From a virus (Duplodnaviria; Heunggongvirae; Uroviricota; Caudoviricetes), in IMG/VR virus record IMGVR_UViG_3300028585_000514: a stretch of 64,000 nucleotides of DNA; one strand, written 5' to 3'. Positions 38,719 to 48,410 of this stretch are shown piece by piece (positions within the stretch are counted from its first letter, which is position 1; every line of letters begins with the position of its first letter). Both the position numbers and the translations under genes were made by a program. A model generated the notes under the pieces. It was not told the origin of the DNA. It was given only the letters and a program-made list of their open reading frames with translations, and searched no databases.

Positions 38719-38766
38719 AAAAAAGATTGTACAAACTTGAAGAATCTGGATATTATAGCTACATCG
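38719..38766 (+). promoter_or_regulatory. early promoter A-tract-TGTACA-N17-TATTAT-AGCTACATCG
   Basis: Repeated motif. Confidence 0.8.
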
Positions 38767-38776
38767 GAACACTACT

Positions 38777-39022
38777 TTGGAAATGAAAATGCAAACCACC
38801 TACGACGCCGGCCAAAAAGTTAAGACCATCCACTACTCGAACTCCGGCCTCGTCACCGTGTACCATGATTCCGAAGACCAAGCAATCAAGTTCTCCGGTG
38901 ACTTCGCCGACTCCTATGTGTGCATGCACAAGAAGGGTCGCAATGGCTGGAAAGAAATCTACAAGGACCAGCGTGGCAATCCTCGTGGTTCGACCTTCAA
39001 ACAACTGAAACTCAACGCATAA
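38777..39022 (+). CDS. early hypothetical protein
   Basis: Behind early promoter; true start probably ATG 38783 or 38789. Confidence 0.65.
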   Translation: MEMKMQTTYDAGQKVKTIHYSNSGLVTVYHDSEDQAIKFSGDFADSYVCMHKKGRNGWKEIYKDQRGNPRGSTFKQLKLNA

Positions 39023-39034
39023 TCGGAGCGCGCC

Positions 39035-39448
39035 ATGTCGAAAATTGCTGAAGCCCTTGCTCGTGTCAAAGCCTACTGCGCAATGCGCATCCCCGCCGGA
39101 CTGAAGAGTGACCACATCCATGGGATCGGGATGCGTGTCATGCCGCTTGGTGAACTCGTCGAATCCGAAAACAAAGTGGAGCCGACCCTTCTCGTCTCCG
39201 ACCTGAACGAAATCATCAAGGCGATGGAAGAACCAGGCCGCGTGCTGAAGAAGCGCGAGGAAGATTTGCTGAAGGTTCCGCCGATCGTTTGGGCAAGTCT
39301 GTTTGGCGGATTCCTATTCGCAGTCGATCAGGCGAGCGGTACGCTCCGAAGCGATCCGGACCATGCACAGAAAATCCTCGAAGGGCTCCGTAAGGACCTG
39401 GAAAATATGCGCGAATTTCACGTCGAAGGGGACGTGCAAAAAACTTAA
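39035..39448 (+). CDS. early hypothetical protein
   Basis: GGAG RBS. Confidence 0.7.
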   Translation: MSKIAEALARVKAYCAMRIPAGLKSDHIHGIGMRVMPLGELVESENKVEPTLLVSDLNEIIKAMEEPGRVLKKREEDLLKVPPIVWASLFGGFLFAVDQASGTLRSDPDHAQKILEGLRKDLENMREFHVEGDVQKT

Positions 39449-39494
39449 AAAAGATTGTACAAGTTTCCAGGGTCTGGGTATAATTACTCTATCG
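39447..39494 (+). promoter_or_regulatory. early promoter TGTACA-N17-TATAAT
   Basis: Repeated motif with CTATCG downstream. Confidence 0.8.
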
Positions 39495-39520
39495 AAACGA
39501 AACTTGAAACGGAGATTCAA

Positions 39521-39904
39521 ATGGCTAAAGCACCAAACAAAGTGACCTTCAACGAAAGCATCATCCTCGTCGATGGCAAAGAAGTTGGTCGCATCGATGG
39601 TCGCGGTGAAGTCTATGTCCTCTTCAACGTCGAAGGAGAACCGCGTCCGAAAGTCGTCGCTCGTTTCAAGTATCGTGCAGCAAAGGCCAGCGCCAAGGAT
39701 TGGATCAAGTTCATCCTGAACCGCATGACCACCACTGAAGTCCTGGCTGCTCTGGCCGACTACAAGGAAACGCCGTATGGTCTGGCCGAGAAGTTCGGCT
39801 ATGTTTCGCTGAACGAGAAGTTTGTTGCGAAGCGTAAAGCTGAAGAAGCGGCTCGTACCGAACGCTTCAAAAATGTTACCATCATCCACCATCTGCCAAT
39901 CTAA
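39521..39904 (+). CDS. early hypothetical protein
   Basis: GGAG RBS before ATG 39521. Confidence 0.7.
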   Translation: MAKAPNKVTFNESIILVDGKEVGRIDGRGEVYVLFNVEGEPRPKVVARFKYRAAKASAKDWIKFILNRMTTTEVLAALADYKETPYGLAEKFGYVSLNEKFVAKRKAEEAARTERFKNVTIIHHLPI

Positions 39905-39914
39905 GGAGAACATC

Positions 39915-40121
39915 ATGGCACAAGCAATCGCATTGGTCGGCGCTGTCATCGAATCCCAGAATGGCAGCTCGATGTCCTACTACAAGCGCTGCAACTTCTG
40001 TGGCGATACACCAAACAGCACGACCAGCGGCTCGATCCCGTCGTATAACTCGGTCCTGCACTCGACCTTCCGCTGCAACAAGTGCGGTAAGACCACTGAA
40101 CTCAAAATCAAAGGTGTGTGA
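39915..40121 (+). CDS. small zinc-ribbon protein
   Basis: CNFCG and CNKCG; AAGGAG RBS. Confidence 0.7.
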   Translation: MAQAIALVGAVIESQNGSSMSYYKRCNFCGDTPNSTTSGSIPSYNSVLHSTFRCNKCGKTTELKIKGV

Positions 40122-40456
40122 TGAACGGTAAAACGGTAATCGTCTTCGAACAAGCAATAGCTCCAGCCCTCGACATGAATGATCCTGTTCAGTGTGCTTT
40201 GCGCCAATCGATCCTGGACCCGCGGCGCTATCCATACGTTCGCATGATCGGTCGCAACCTCGGTGCCGTGCTCGATATGGTCGAGCCGGCGAAAATGTCA
40301 CAAGCCGAAATTAAGGTGCGTGACACCTACGTCGAGACCGAGGTGAATCAGTTCCTCACCGAGCTGTACCTTGATCCGGTGGTTGCGCGTCAGCGCATGC
40401 AAGTCCTGTATGACCAAGCCTTCCATGAAGGCCAACGCAGCCGCAACATAAAGTAA
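40118..40456 (+). CDS. hypothetical protein
   Basis: TGATG coupling. Confidence 0.7.
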   Translation: MMNGKTVIVFEQAIAPALDMNDPVQCALRQSILDPRRYPYVRMIGRNLGAVLDMVEPAKMSQAEIKVRDTYVETEVNQFLTELYLDPVVARQRMQVLYDQAFHEGQRSRNIK

Positions 40457-40477
40457 GAAAAATTCGTTTCGATCTTA

Positions 40478-40500
40478 GAGGAGCCTTCGGGCTCCTTTTT
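40478..40500 (+). terminator. intrinsic terminator, cUUCGg loop
   Basis: GGAGCC-TTCG-GGCTCC-TTTT. Confidence 0.85.
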
Positions 40501-40573
40501 GCGTTTCCTTATAGCTTCCTGGATAAATAAGCTGATATTTCCATATCAATCAATTATCTCAGGAGCTAGACAA

Positions 40574-42226
40574 ATGAAGATTTATCAAAGCACCACTACT
40601 ACCGATCCTACTCAACCGCAAGAAATTGCTACCAAGCATTACGTTGATCAGCAGATCGTATCTGGCGCAATCGTTGGAGGCGTGTTCTTTACCGACATCT
40701 CCCCAACCTCTTCTGGTATCGTGGGCAACAAGAAATATGTTGCTAACACCGTCCCAGCAAACAAAGTTATTATCGATGGTACCGCTGACACTCAGAACGT
40801 CCGCGTCTCGCTAGTTGCAGAAGGCGGTTCCGCATTCTACTCCCCGACCATTACTATCACCACCGTTCCTGCACTTCCAGGTTCCCCATTCACTGTTGCC
40901 CTATCCGAAGACACGTATGACAAGCGCATGTTCGCTGGTTATGTGGACCTAGTTGGCGTGACCGTTGACACGGTCGTTACCGCTAAGTCGAGCACCAATG
41001 CGGAAGCAACTTGCATCGTAAAGGTTGCAGAAGTTGGCCCAGCGCTATCAGCTCTAACTATCGGTGCGTACCCTGGTGCTCAGACCGAAGCTAAGAACAA
41101 TGACGTGATGTCAGTGTCTGGCGTTGTTGCTAATGCTGCAACTTATGTTGAAATCGTTGCCGGTGGCGCTTCAAAAGCTGTCTCGATCCTTGGCCTTGGC
41201 GCTGCAGATTCTGCTGGTGCTGGCTTTAAGACTTTCACTGGTACCTTTACCGTCGGTACCGCATCTGGTTCACAGAAGGTTACCGCTCGTGCACGCAATG
41301 CGCTAGGTACTTTCGGTGCTAACTTCCAGTCATCGAATTCGATCACTCTAAACCAGACCTTCCCAACCATCGGTGCTCGCACGATCACCTACCCAGTTGG
41401 TCAATCAGCATTGAAGGGTTCTGAAGCCGCGACCGTTGCAGCAACCGTGACTAACGCGGATACCGTGGCTTACACCACCAGTGCAGACCTGTCTGTTGCT
41501 GATTCAACTACTTACGGTGCTACCAAGACCGTGACTCGTGTTGCTGGTAACTACGTGGTTGGTACTAACAACTACACCATCACCGCAACCAAGGCTTCAA
41601 ACGGCGCAGTGTCTACTGCATCGTCCACAGTCTCTATCGCTAACGCTCCGGCAACCGCAGCAATCTCGATCGTCGGTAACCCAGCTCGTCTAGTGTCCTC
41701 ACCGGATGGCCAGTCATATACCGTTCGCATCACTGCTAACCAGCTATTGAACGCAATCCCTTCATTGGACGCGTCAAGCGGCACTTGGACAGGTTCATGG
41801 ACCTTCTCTGGTGGTGTGTACTCACGCACTCTTGTGATCAAGGATTCCGACGTTGATGGCGCACAGACCTTCAGCAATCTAGTCCTAACCGGCCTAGCAA
41901 ATGTTGTTGGCTCAACCATCACTTCGGGTGCTAACTACACCGTCGGTGGTTTCGTTCGTCGTACCTTGACCTTCCCAGCATTTGCTCAATATGTCGACAT
42001 TGGTACTCCAATCAATGACATTACCAAGGTGAATGCTAAGTACGCAGGTACTGCAAGCAATCTAACCCTACGTAGCGATACCTCGCAGTCCCAGCAAGGC
42101 TTCACCATCACCGATGGCGCCGGCGTTTACAATCCAACTGGTAGCTATCTGTTCATCACTGATGCTGACTTCGCTGGTTCAAACACTTCAGGTACTCTAC
42201 AACTAGAAATTGAAGAGGTGGCATAA
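40574..42226 (+). CDS. virion fibre/Ig-like beta-rich structural protein
   Basis: ATKHYVD fibre motif, very Thr/Ala/Gly rich; late promoter 40523-40529; AGGAG RBS. Confidence 0.75.
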   Translation: MKIYQSTTTTDPTQPQEIATKHYVDQQIVSGAIVGGVFFTDISPTSSGIVGNKKYVANTVPANKVIIDGTADTQNVRVSLVAEGGSAFYSPTITITTVPALPGSPFTVALSEDTYDKRMFAGYVDLVGVTVDTVVTAKSSTNAEATCIVKVAEVGPALSALTIGAYPGAQTEAKNNDVMSVSGVVANAATYVEIVAGGASKAVSILGLGAADSAGAGFKTFTGTFTVGTASGSQKVTARARNALGTFGANFQSSNSITLNQTFPTIGARTITYPVGQSALKGSEAATVAATVTNADTVAYTTSADLSVADSTTYGATKTVTRVAGNYVVGTNNYTITATKASNGAVSTASSTVSIANAPATAAISIVGNPARLVSSPDGQSYTVRITANQLLNAIPSLDASSGTWTGSWTFSGGVYSRTLVIKDSDVDGAQTFSNLVLTGLANVVGSTITSGANYTVGGFVRRTLTFPAFAQYVDIGTPINDITKVNAKYAGTASNLTLRSDTSQSQQGFTITDGAGVYNPTGSYLFITDADFAGSNTSGTLQLEIEEVA

Positions 42227-42630
42227 TGAGTCAATTTGAAACTTTTATCCAGACAGAACTTCCTAAACGTGGTTATCTGGATAGTGACGTTCCTCAAGAG
42301 ACGATCATCGTTCGTCGTGGCGCTGGTCCTCGTCAGTTTGATGCAGTCACTCTAGAAGATGGTCAGGTTCTAGCTCGCGTCAACGGTCAACTAGTTGGTA
42401 TGAATCTTGCTGGTAACGGTATCCGAAAGGCGATTGTTCCGGTGGCTGAAGGTTCGACCGAATGGGTTGTCACTCACAACTTTGATTCCGAGAATGCGAT
42501 TGTTCAATGCTTCGACGATTCAAAATCTGTGATCTTCCCGGACTCGATCAAGATCAATGATGGTGACACCATCACTATCACATTCAACAAAGCACAGACC
42601 GGTACTGCACGTATCGTGTTCCTGGACTAA
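42226..42630 (+). CDS. small structural protein partnered with fibre gene
   Basis: WVVTHNF..VQCFD..ITFN.AQTG.A beta domain; TAATG coupling. Confidence 0.7.
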   Translation: MSQFETFIQTELPKRGYLDSDVPQETIIVRRGAGPRQFDAVTLEDGQVLARVNGQLVGMNLAGNGIRKAIVPVAEGSTEWVVTHNFDSENAIVQCFDDSKSVIFPDSIKINDGDTITITFNKAQTGTARIVFLD

Positions 42631-42651
42631 TCTAGAAATGTTGCTATAAGG

Positions 42652-42682
42652 AAAAGGGTGAACCGCGAGGTTCACCCTTTTT
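42652..42682 (+). terminator. intrinsic terminator
   Basis: AAGGGTGAACC-GCGA-GGTTCACCCTT-TTT. Confidence 0.85.
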
Positions 42683-42720
42683 TGGTTATGATGGCCACCA
42701 AATGATATTGAACTGTTGCC

Positions 42721-43005
42721 ATGTTACGACCGACCACTGCGAAACGTACTGCCATTGCATTATCAAATGACCATACACCAAACTTGCTCTTGTTTATCGA
42801 AGGACGCTTTGATCATGAACCGCTGAAGCTAGAAATCAGTTCGTTGTTGGATCGTGCCTCAAATCGTGCCAACCGAGTTTCTGCGAAGACTCGTTCCGAT
42901 CTTGTCGCCCTCCAGTATTACATCGAACGCGGACATGACTTGAAATATGTTCGGTGGGAGAAGAAGACCTACGCACCATGGGCGACAAGCATTCCCAAAG
43001 GATAA
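42721..43005 (+). CDS. hypothetical protein
   Basis: ORF track; weak RBS. Confidence 0.55.
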   Translation: MLRPTTAKRTAIALSNDHTPNLLLFIEGRFDHEPLKLEISSLLDRASNRANRVSAKTRSDLVALQYYIERGHDLKYVRWEKKTYAPWATSIPKG

Positions 43006-43064
43006 CAGTTTACACGAAGAAACCATAGCAGTATAATCTTTGTATCAACTAATTCTGGTACACT

Positions 43065-43262
43065 ATGACCACTGACTTCTACATACAAGTTATTCTCCTT
43101 ATCTGCATCCTTATAGCTTGCGGCCTGGCAATGTGGGTATGTCGTATCCTCCGAATGGAAAATTACTTTTCCAAAAAAGAGTTGCACGCATTCCTCGGTT
43201 TCAACTTGATGTATTTGTTGGGTACCGCGTGCATTCTCATTTACTTCTCATTTAAGACTTGA
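43065..43262 (+). CDS. small two-TM membrane protein
   Basis: Hydrophobic segments; TTTACA-N17-TATAAT promoter at 43009-43037. Confidence 0.6.
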   Translation: MTTDFYIQVILLICILIACGLAMWVCRILRMENYFSKKELHAFLGFNLMYLLGTACILIYFSFKT

Positions 43263-43909
43263 TGGAAAATCCTACCTACATTCACCTCGAGAGAATTGAT
43301 CTCGGGACAGGCTTAGCTGCCATCCTCGCCAACATCAATGAACAGGTCAAAAAGAATCGTGTCCAGGTCGGTGAGTATATGGTGCACGTGACGAGCCTTC
43401 GTCTTCGTGCGTTCCTCCTGAAAGGAGTGAAGTGCTACATGTGTGGGACCGAAGCAACTCATTTCTCCATCGATAAGTTCCGCCTGAAATCGCAGGATGA
43501 AGCACCACATATGAATATGTGGGGTGTGACTCCTGAAGGTGAAGAACTTCTGTTCACCCACGATCACATACTGGCACGGTCGCTTGGTGGTAAGGATGGG
43601 ATCGAGAATGCAATCACGTGCTGTACAAAGTGCAATGGTGACAAAGCTTTCGTCGAGAACGCGATTCGTGCAGGTCGATGCAAACCTCCGGCATATATTA
43701 CGGTCGAAGGTGGTGAGCTGTTCCAAGGACATCAAGGTCACTGGGCTGATTGCTTCTTCAGCAATGCGACTCGAGATGAGATTGAGAATTACCTTAAGTC
43801 GGATAATCAAGATTATGAAATTCGTGATATGACTTCGGAAGAAATTCTCCGGATGCCAGAAGCAATCCGATTCCATAAGTGGTTGCTCGAGACATACAAA
43901 ACCGCTTAA
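43259..43909 (+). CDS. HNH endonuclease-domain protein
   Basis: CYMCG, THDHILARSLGG..N...CTKCN..K. Confidence 0.85.
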   Translation: MMENPTYIHLERIDLGTGLAAILANINEQVKKNRVQVGEYMVHVTSLRLRAFLLKGVKCYMCGTEATHFSIDKFRLKSQDEAPHMNMWGVTPEGEELLFTHDHILARSLGGKDGIENAITCCTKCNGDKAFVENAIRAGRCKPPAYITVEGGELFQGHQGHWADCFFSNATRDEIENYLKSDNQDYEIRDMTSEEILRMPEAIRFHKWLLETYKTA

Positions 43910-43987
43910 CAATTCATTGTAAAGTTTCAAGGACGCTTCGGCGTCCTTTTGTGTTATTATCTTCCGCATAACAATAAGAAAGAAATC

Positions 43988-44278
43988 ATGAATGAATTCA
44001 ATCAAGTAGCAATGTGGCTACAATGGAATGAGGATGGCTCATTCGAACCCAAATGCAAAATCTTCCCTTCTGGTGAATTGGGCACCGCTCTTAAGTTCAC
44101 CGAGTCTTTACGTCGATCCAAGCATACGCTAGAAGCCGTCAGGGATGAAGATACCGGTGAGCTGTATGGAACCAATGTCACACATATTGCGATTACTGGG
44201 GACGTTCCAGGCAATGTTACTAAACCAGGTGTTGATGTAACCGATTCTTCCTACAACTGGAAGAAACGCCGGAAGTAA
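43988..44278 (+). CDS. hypothetical protein
   Basis: ORF after cUUCGg terminator at 43929-43950. Confidence 0.65.
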   Translation: MNEFNQVAMWLQWNEDGSFEPKCKIFPSGELGTALKFTESLRRSKHTLEAVRDEDTGELYGTNVTHIAITGDVPGNVTKPGVDVTDSSYNWKKRRK

Positions 44279-44372
44279 TCAATTCAAGATGTTCAAATGG
44301 ATTTCCTCTAGGTAAGATACACAACATCAACACATAAGGTGTTGTGTCCCAATAAATCTAATAAGGAACCAA

Positions 44373-46460
44373 ATGGATTTCGCGATTTTCAAAGACGCCG
44401 TGGCGCGTCAGTTCCAACGTATGCAGAAGCATGGCAAGCTGTTCCGCGTCGCAATCGAGAAGAAAGAAATGCTCGAGGCGTACCAAGCTGGCTATCCAGA
44501 AGGAACCAACCCGATCTTCCGCCAGCGTGCTGAACACGACTGCAGCTGCTGCAACAACTTCATCGGCGCCATCGGCAACGTCGTCGCAATCATCGACGGC
44601 AAAATCGAAACGATCTGGGACATCGACGTTTCCAAGAAAGAGCCAGCATACCAAGCCGTCGCCAATCACATGGCAAACACGATCCGCAAGACCAAGCGCG
44701 TTACCGAAGATGGCGTCATCACCGACGAAATCATCGACCGTCCGCTGGCCGACGTGTTCCTGCACTTCGAAAATCGCGCAGGTAACGACTACACCTTCGA
44801 AGACCTGGTCACCGGTGGCCGCAAGCAGTGGAACCACTTCTTCGCAAACATCGATCGTGCTTACGTCGTCGCTGGTAAAGACATCGCCTCGACCCTGGCG
44901 CCGAAGCGTGATGCCAAGAACACCCTGCTGCGTGCACTGAAAGAAATCGACCTCGAATCGGCTGATGTCGTTCTCGAGCTGATCGACCAGAACTCCGTGT
45001 ACCGCGGCCAAGAAAATCGCTGGGCCGTCGCCGAGTTCCGCAAGCTGAAGGTCGCCTTCGACAAGCTGAAGACCGACACCGATCGCGAAATCTTCGCATG
45101 GACCAATTCGCTGACCGTCAGCGGCGCCGTCTCCGGTATCCGCAACAACGCGATCGGTCAACTGCTGCAATGGCTGACCGAAGGCATGGATGTTGACCAG
45201 GCCCTGGACAAGTTCGAACGCACCATCATGGCGCCGGGCAACTACAAGCGTCCATCGGCACCGGTCACCAAGAAGATGATCGAAGAAGCCAAAGCCAAGA
45301 TCGAAAGCCTGGGCCTGACTTCGGCACTGCGCCGTCGCTTCGCTCAACTGACCGACATCAGCGTGAATGACATCCTGTTCGCCGATCGTAGCGCCAAGAC
45401 TGTCATGACCGGCGACGTGTTCGACGACCTGGCAGCATCGACCAGCAGCAAGGTCAAGGTCTCCGACAAGATCGAAGAAATCGGCATCGAGAAGTTCATC
45501 ACCGATGTCCTGCCGCGAATCAGCTCAATGGAAGTCCTGCTGGAAAATCGCCACGCCTCGAACCTCGTCAGCCTGATCGCGCCGGAAGACCCGACCGCCG
45601 GCCAGCTGTTCAAGTGGAACAACAACTTCAGCCTGTCCTACGTCGGCGGTATGGCCGACTCGATCAAGGAACGTGTCAAGGCTGCTGGTGGTTCCGTCGT
45701 TGGCGACCTGTGCTGCCGTCTCGCCTGGTTTAACCACGACGACCTGGACTTCCACATGATCGAGCCATCGGGCTACGAAATCTACTTCGGCAGCCGCGGT
45801 CACACTTCGCCAAGCGGTGGTCGCCTCGACGTCGACATGAATGCTGGTGCCGGTACGACTCGCACTCCGGTCGAGAACATCTTCTACTCGAGCCGTCGCT
45901 CGATGAAGGAAGGCGTGTACCACCTGTTCGTCGAGAACTTCAGCAAGCGTGAAACGCAAGACGTCGGCTTCGAAGTCGAGATGGATTACATGGGTAACGT
46001 CCATCGCTTCGTGTTCGACAAGGCCGTCGCAAACAAGGCCCGCATCACGGTCGCTAAGTTCAAGTACTCGCATGCTAACGGTATCGAGATGATCGAGTCG
46101 CTGCCAAGCACCGAATCGTCGAAGCCGATGTGGAACCTGCCAACCCAAACCTTCCACCGCGTCAACGTCGCCATGCTTTCGCCGAACTTCTGGGAAGGTC
46201 AAGGCGTCGGCAACAAGCACTACCTGTTCATGCTCGACGGCATGTCCAGTGACGACGGCAGCACCCGTGGCTTCCTGAACGAGTTCCTGAAAGACGAACT
46301 CAACCCGCATCGCAAAGTCTTCGAAATGGTCGGCTCGAAGATCAAGGTCTCCGGCGAAGACAACCAACTGAGCGGCCTCGGCTTCTCGTCGACCCAACGT
46401 AACTCGGTGGTGGTCCGTGTCAAAGGCACCCTCACCCGCACCCTGAAAATCACCTTCTAA
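44373..46460 (+). CDS. large early protein with YfaP/DUF2135-like C-terminal segment
   Basis: HDCSCC near N-terminus; DLDFHMIEPSG..IYF..LDVDMN..PVENI; strongly host-like codons. Confidence 0.8.
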   Translation: MDFAIFKDAVARQFQRMQKHGKLFRVAIEKKEMLEAYQAGYPEGTNPIFRQRAEHDCSCCNNFIGAIGNVVAIIDGKIETIWDIDVSKKEPAYQAVANHMANTIRKTKRVTEDGVITDEIIDRPLADVFLHFENRAGNDYTFEDLVTGGRKQWNHFFANIDRAYVVAGKDIASTLAPKRDAKNTLLRALKEIDLESADVVLELIDQNSVYRGQENRWAVAEFRKLKVAFDKLKTDTDREIFAWTNSLTVSGAVSGIRNNAIGQLLQWLTEGMDVDQALDKFERTIMAPGNYKRPSAPVTKKMIEEAKAKIESLGLTSALRRRFAQLTDISVNDILFADRSAKTVMTGDVFDDLAASTSSKVKVSDKIEEIGIEKFITDVLPRISSMEVLLENRHASNLVSLIAPEDPTAGQLFKWNNNFSLSYVGGMADSIKERVKAAGGSVVGDLCCRLAWFNHDDLDFHMIEPSGYEIYFGSRGHTSPSGGRLDVDMNAGAGTTRTPVENIFYSSRRSMKEGVYHLFVENFSKRETQDVGFEVEMDYMGNVHRFVFDKAVANKARITVAKFKYSHANGIEMIESLPSTESSKPMWNLPTQTFHRVNVAMLSPNFWEGQGVGNKHYLFMLDGMSSDDGSTRGFLNEFLKDELNPHRKVFEMVGSKIKVSGEDNQLSGLGFSSTQRNSVVVRVKGTLTRTLKITF

Positions 46461-46477
46461 AACGAAAAGGAAACACC

Positions 46478-46933
46478 ATGAACACTCAAGCTACCGCTAC
46501 CGCCGCAACCAACGAAACCGCTGTCGCAGCGACCGCCATCAACATGTTCGAAGTGGCTTCCCGCAAGAAGCTGCGCTTCGACAACCCGAACGGTGGCCAG
46601 CTGTCGGTCGAAGACCTGTGGGACCTGCCGCTGCAAAGCGAAAACAAGGCAAGCCTGGACAAGATCGCCGTCACCCTGTTCCGCAAGCTGCGTGACAATG
46701 AAGAAATGTCGTTCGTCAGCGAGACCACCTCGACCGACACCACTACCCAGCTGAAGTTCGACATCGTCCGCCACGTGATCGATACCCGCAAAGCCGAGAA
46801 CGCGACCAAGCTGGAAGCATCCGCCAAGGCGACTCGCAAGAAGGAACTGGAACAGGCGCTGGCTGCAGCACGTGCCGGTGACCTGGCTTCGAAGACCCCG
46901 GCCGAAATCGAGGCAATGATCGCTGCCCTGTAA
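46478..46933 (+). CDS. helical partner protein of 44373-46460
   Basis: KLRF..GQLSVEDLWDLPL; AAGGA RBS. Confidence 0.8.
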   Translation: MNTQATATAATNETAVAATAINMFEVASRKKLRFDNPNGGQLSVEDLWDLPLQSENKASLDKIAVTLFRKLRDNEEMSFVSETTSTDTTTQLKFDIVRHVIDTRKAENATKLEASAKATRKKELEQALAAARAGDLASKTPAEIEAMIAAL

Positions 46934-46954
46934 TCCAAGGCAGGTGTAGAATAG

Positions 46955-46978
46955 AAAGGAGGCTTCGGCCTCCTTTTT
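46955..46978 (+). terminator. intrinsic terminator, cUUCGg loop
   Basis: GGAGGC-TTCG-GCCTCC-TTTTT. Confidence 0.85.
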
Positions 46979-46995
46979 GTTATAGGAGAATTGAA

Positions 46996-47205
46996 ATGAA
47001 AGTACGTGACATCAAGAAGAAGTACTACGCATTCCTGCAAAGTCTGGGGCGTCAATGCGACATATGCTTTGGGAAGCGCAGGTGCGTCCGAGGGAACGGC
47101 AATTTGATTCGGAAGGTGATAGTCTGTGACTATTGCTCGTGTGACCCTGAGGTGCATCTGAAGGTTGATGTGATCCGTCAAAAGCGGGATCATCAAAAAA
47201 CTTAA
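46996..47205 (+). CDS. small Cys-rich protein
   Basis: CDIC, CDYC; AGGAG RBS. Confidence 0.6.
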   Translation: MKVRDIKKKYYAFLQSLGRQCDICFGKRRCVRGNGNLIRKVIVCDYCSCDPEVHLKVDVIRQKRDHQKT

Positions 47206-47254
47206 AAAAGAATTGTACATTCTTCAAGTTACTTGATATTATAGCTACATCGAC
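47204..47254 (+). promoter_or_regulatory. early promoter TGTACA-N17-TATTAT-AGCTACATCGAC
   Basis: Repeated motif. Confidence 0.8.
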
Positions 47255-47278
47255 AAATGCTTTAAAGAGGAAACAAAC

Positions 47279-47530
47279 ATGACCACGACCATGCTGAAAG
47301 ACATCACCAAAGCGATCAAAGCCGAAAAAGATGCAGGTGCCTTCAAGCTGCGCCTGATCATGCTGATGACCATCCAGAAGAATGGCCGTGAGATTCCTCA
47401 AGTCACCAATGTCGCCGAATTCGAAACCAGCCACATCCTCCTGAAATCCGGCAAAGTTGCTGGATGGCTGAAAAACACGATTGAAGGCGATTCGAACGCG
47501 ACCTACTTCAAAGTGGAACGTCTCAAATAA
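47279..47530 (+). CDS. early hypothetical protein
   Basis: GAGG RBS. Confidence 0.7.
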   Translation: MTTTMLKDITKAIKAEKDAGAFKLRLIMLMTIQKNGREIPQVTNVAEFETSHILLKSGKVAGWLKNTIEGDSNATYFKVERLK

Positions 47531-47545
47531 TTATCGGAGCTGAAT

Positions 47546-47746
47546 ATGGTAACCTTCAAAGATCGCCAAGTAGAAAAGATTGGTCTCGTGGTCGATGTAT
47601 TCCTGGCCGACGGGAATCGCAAGCCGAAGAAAACCGGCACGATCTATCGCGTACGTGATGGCTGGCAGTACCAGATTTCCAAAAAGCACCTCGGTGAAGT
47701 GTTGCCGACTCTCGATGCAGTCAAACAATCTTTGATCGGCGACTAA
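47546..47746 (+). CDS. early hypothetical protein
   Basis: GGAG RBS. Confidence 0.7.
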   Translation: MVTFKDRQVEKIGLVVDVFLADGNRKPKKTGTIYRVRDGWQYQISKKHLGEVLPTLDAVKQSLIGD

Positions 47747-47792
47747 AAAATATTGTACAGAACTTAAAGTTCTGGATATAATGTCTCTATCG
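47745..47792 (+). promoter_or_regulatory. early promoter TGTACA-N17-TATAAT
   Basis: Repeated motif. Confidence 0.8.
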
Positions 47793-47813
47793 AAACGAAC
47801 TTGAAGGAACATC

Positions 47814-48218
47814 ATGAAAAACCAAAATCGTCTGGCTCGCCAAGTAATGGAAACCCTGGAAAAAGCATTCGGTGCCCCAAATGATGCGATGTTCCACAAG
47901 ACCAATGCTTTGGCTTCGAACTTCTTTAACACCAGCGAGCCTCGCGTCAAGGTCGCGGTGATCACTACTCTGACCAAGGAATGCGATGTCAAGGACATCA
48001 CGGTCACAGTAGCAGTGGAAGAGGAAGATCGTCCAGGCGTCTACTTCGCAATCGGTGATCGTCTCCACTTCGATACCACCAAGCCGATGTTTGCCAAGTT
48101 CGAGTTCCACAAAGAACTGCGTAAGAAGATGTCGACCACCTCGGCAGCTACCGACTTCCCAGCTCCGCTGAAGTCCGATGTCTTGGCCTTCGCCAAAGAA
48201 CTGACGGAGGTGCTGTAA
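47814..48218 (+). CDS. early hypothetical protein
   Basis: AAGGA RBS. Confidence 0.7.
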   Translation: MKNQNRLARQVMETLEKAFGAPNDAMFHKTNALASNFFNTSEPRVKVAVITTLTKECDVKDITVTVAVEEEDRPGVYFAIGDRLHFDTTKPMFAKFEFHKELRKKMSTTSAATDFPAPLKSDVLAFAKELTEVL

Positions 48219-48406
48219 TGAAGAAAGGCTACATGACGGCTGAAGTGAACTTCGGTCGCTACACCGTCGAACTGACTGGACCAAATGCAAAGGTTTGGGT
48301 TGGTCCAGGTGATGCCGAATACGATGGCGAAATCGACGGGATCGAACAAAAATACCCTGATCTGTGGAAACACCTGATCGACAACAAATTCATCAAGTCT
48401 GCTTAA
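48218..48406 (+). CDS. early hypothetical protein
   Basis: GGAGG RBS, TAATG coupling. Confidence 0.7.
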   Translation: MKKGYMTAEVNFGRYTVELTGPNAKVWVGPGDAEYDGEIDGIEQKYPDLWKHLIDNKFIKSA

Positions 48407-48410
48407 TTGA

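Noticed and set aside
43259-43909. HNH gene as an intron-encoded homing endonuclease
   Set aside because: Free-standing; no split host gene or intron structure is evident
44358-46397. Long antisense ORFs (329 and 290 aa)
   Set aside because: Mirror frames of the GC-rich 695-aa gene; the same applies to 5020-5778, 35112-35780, 43313-44005 and 49112-49813
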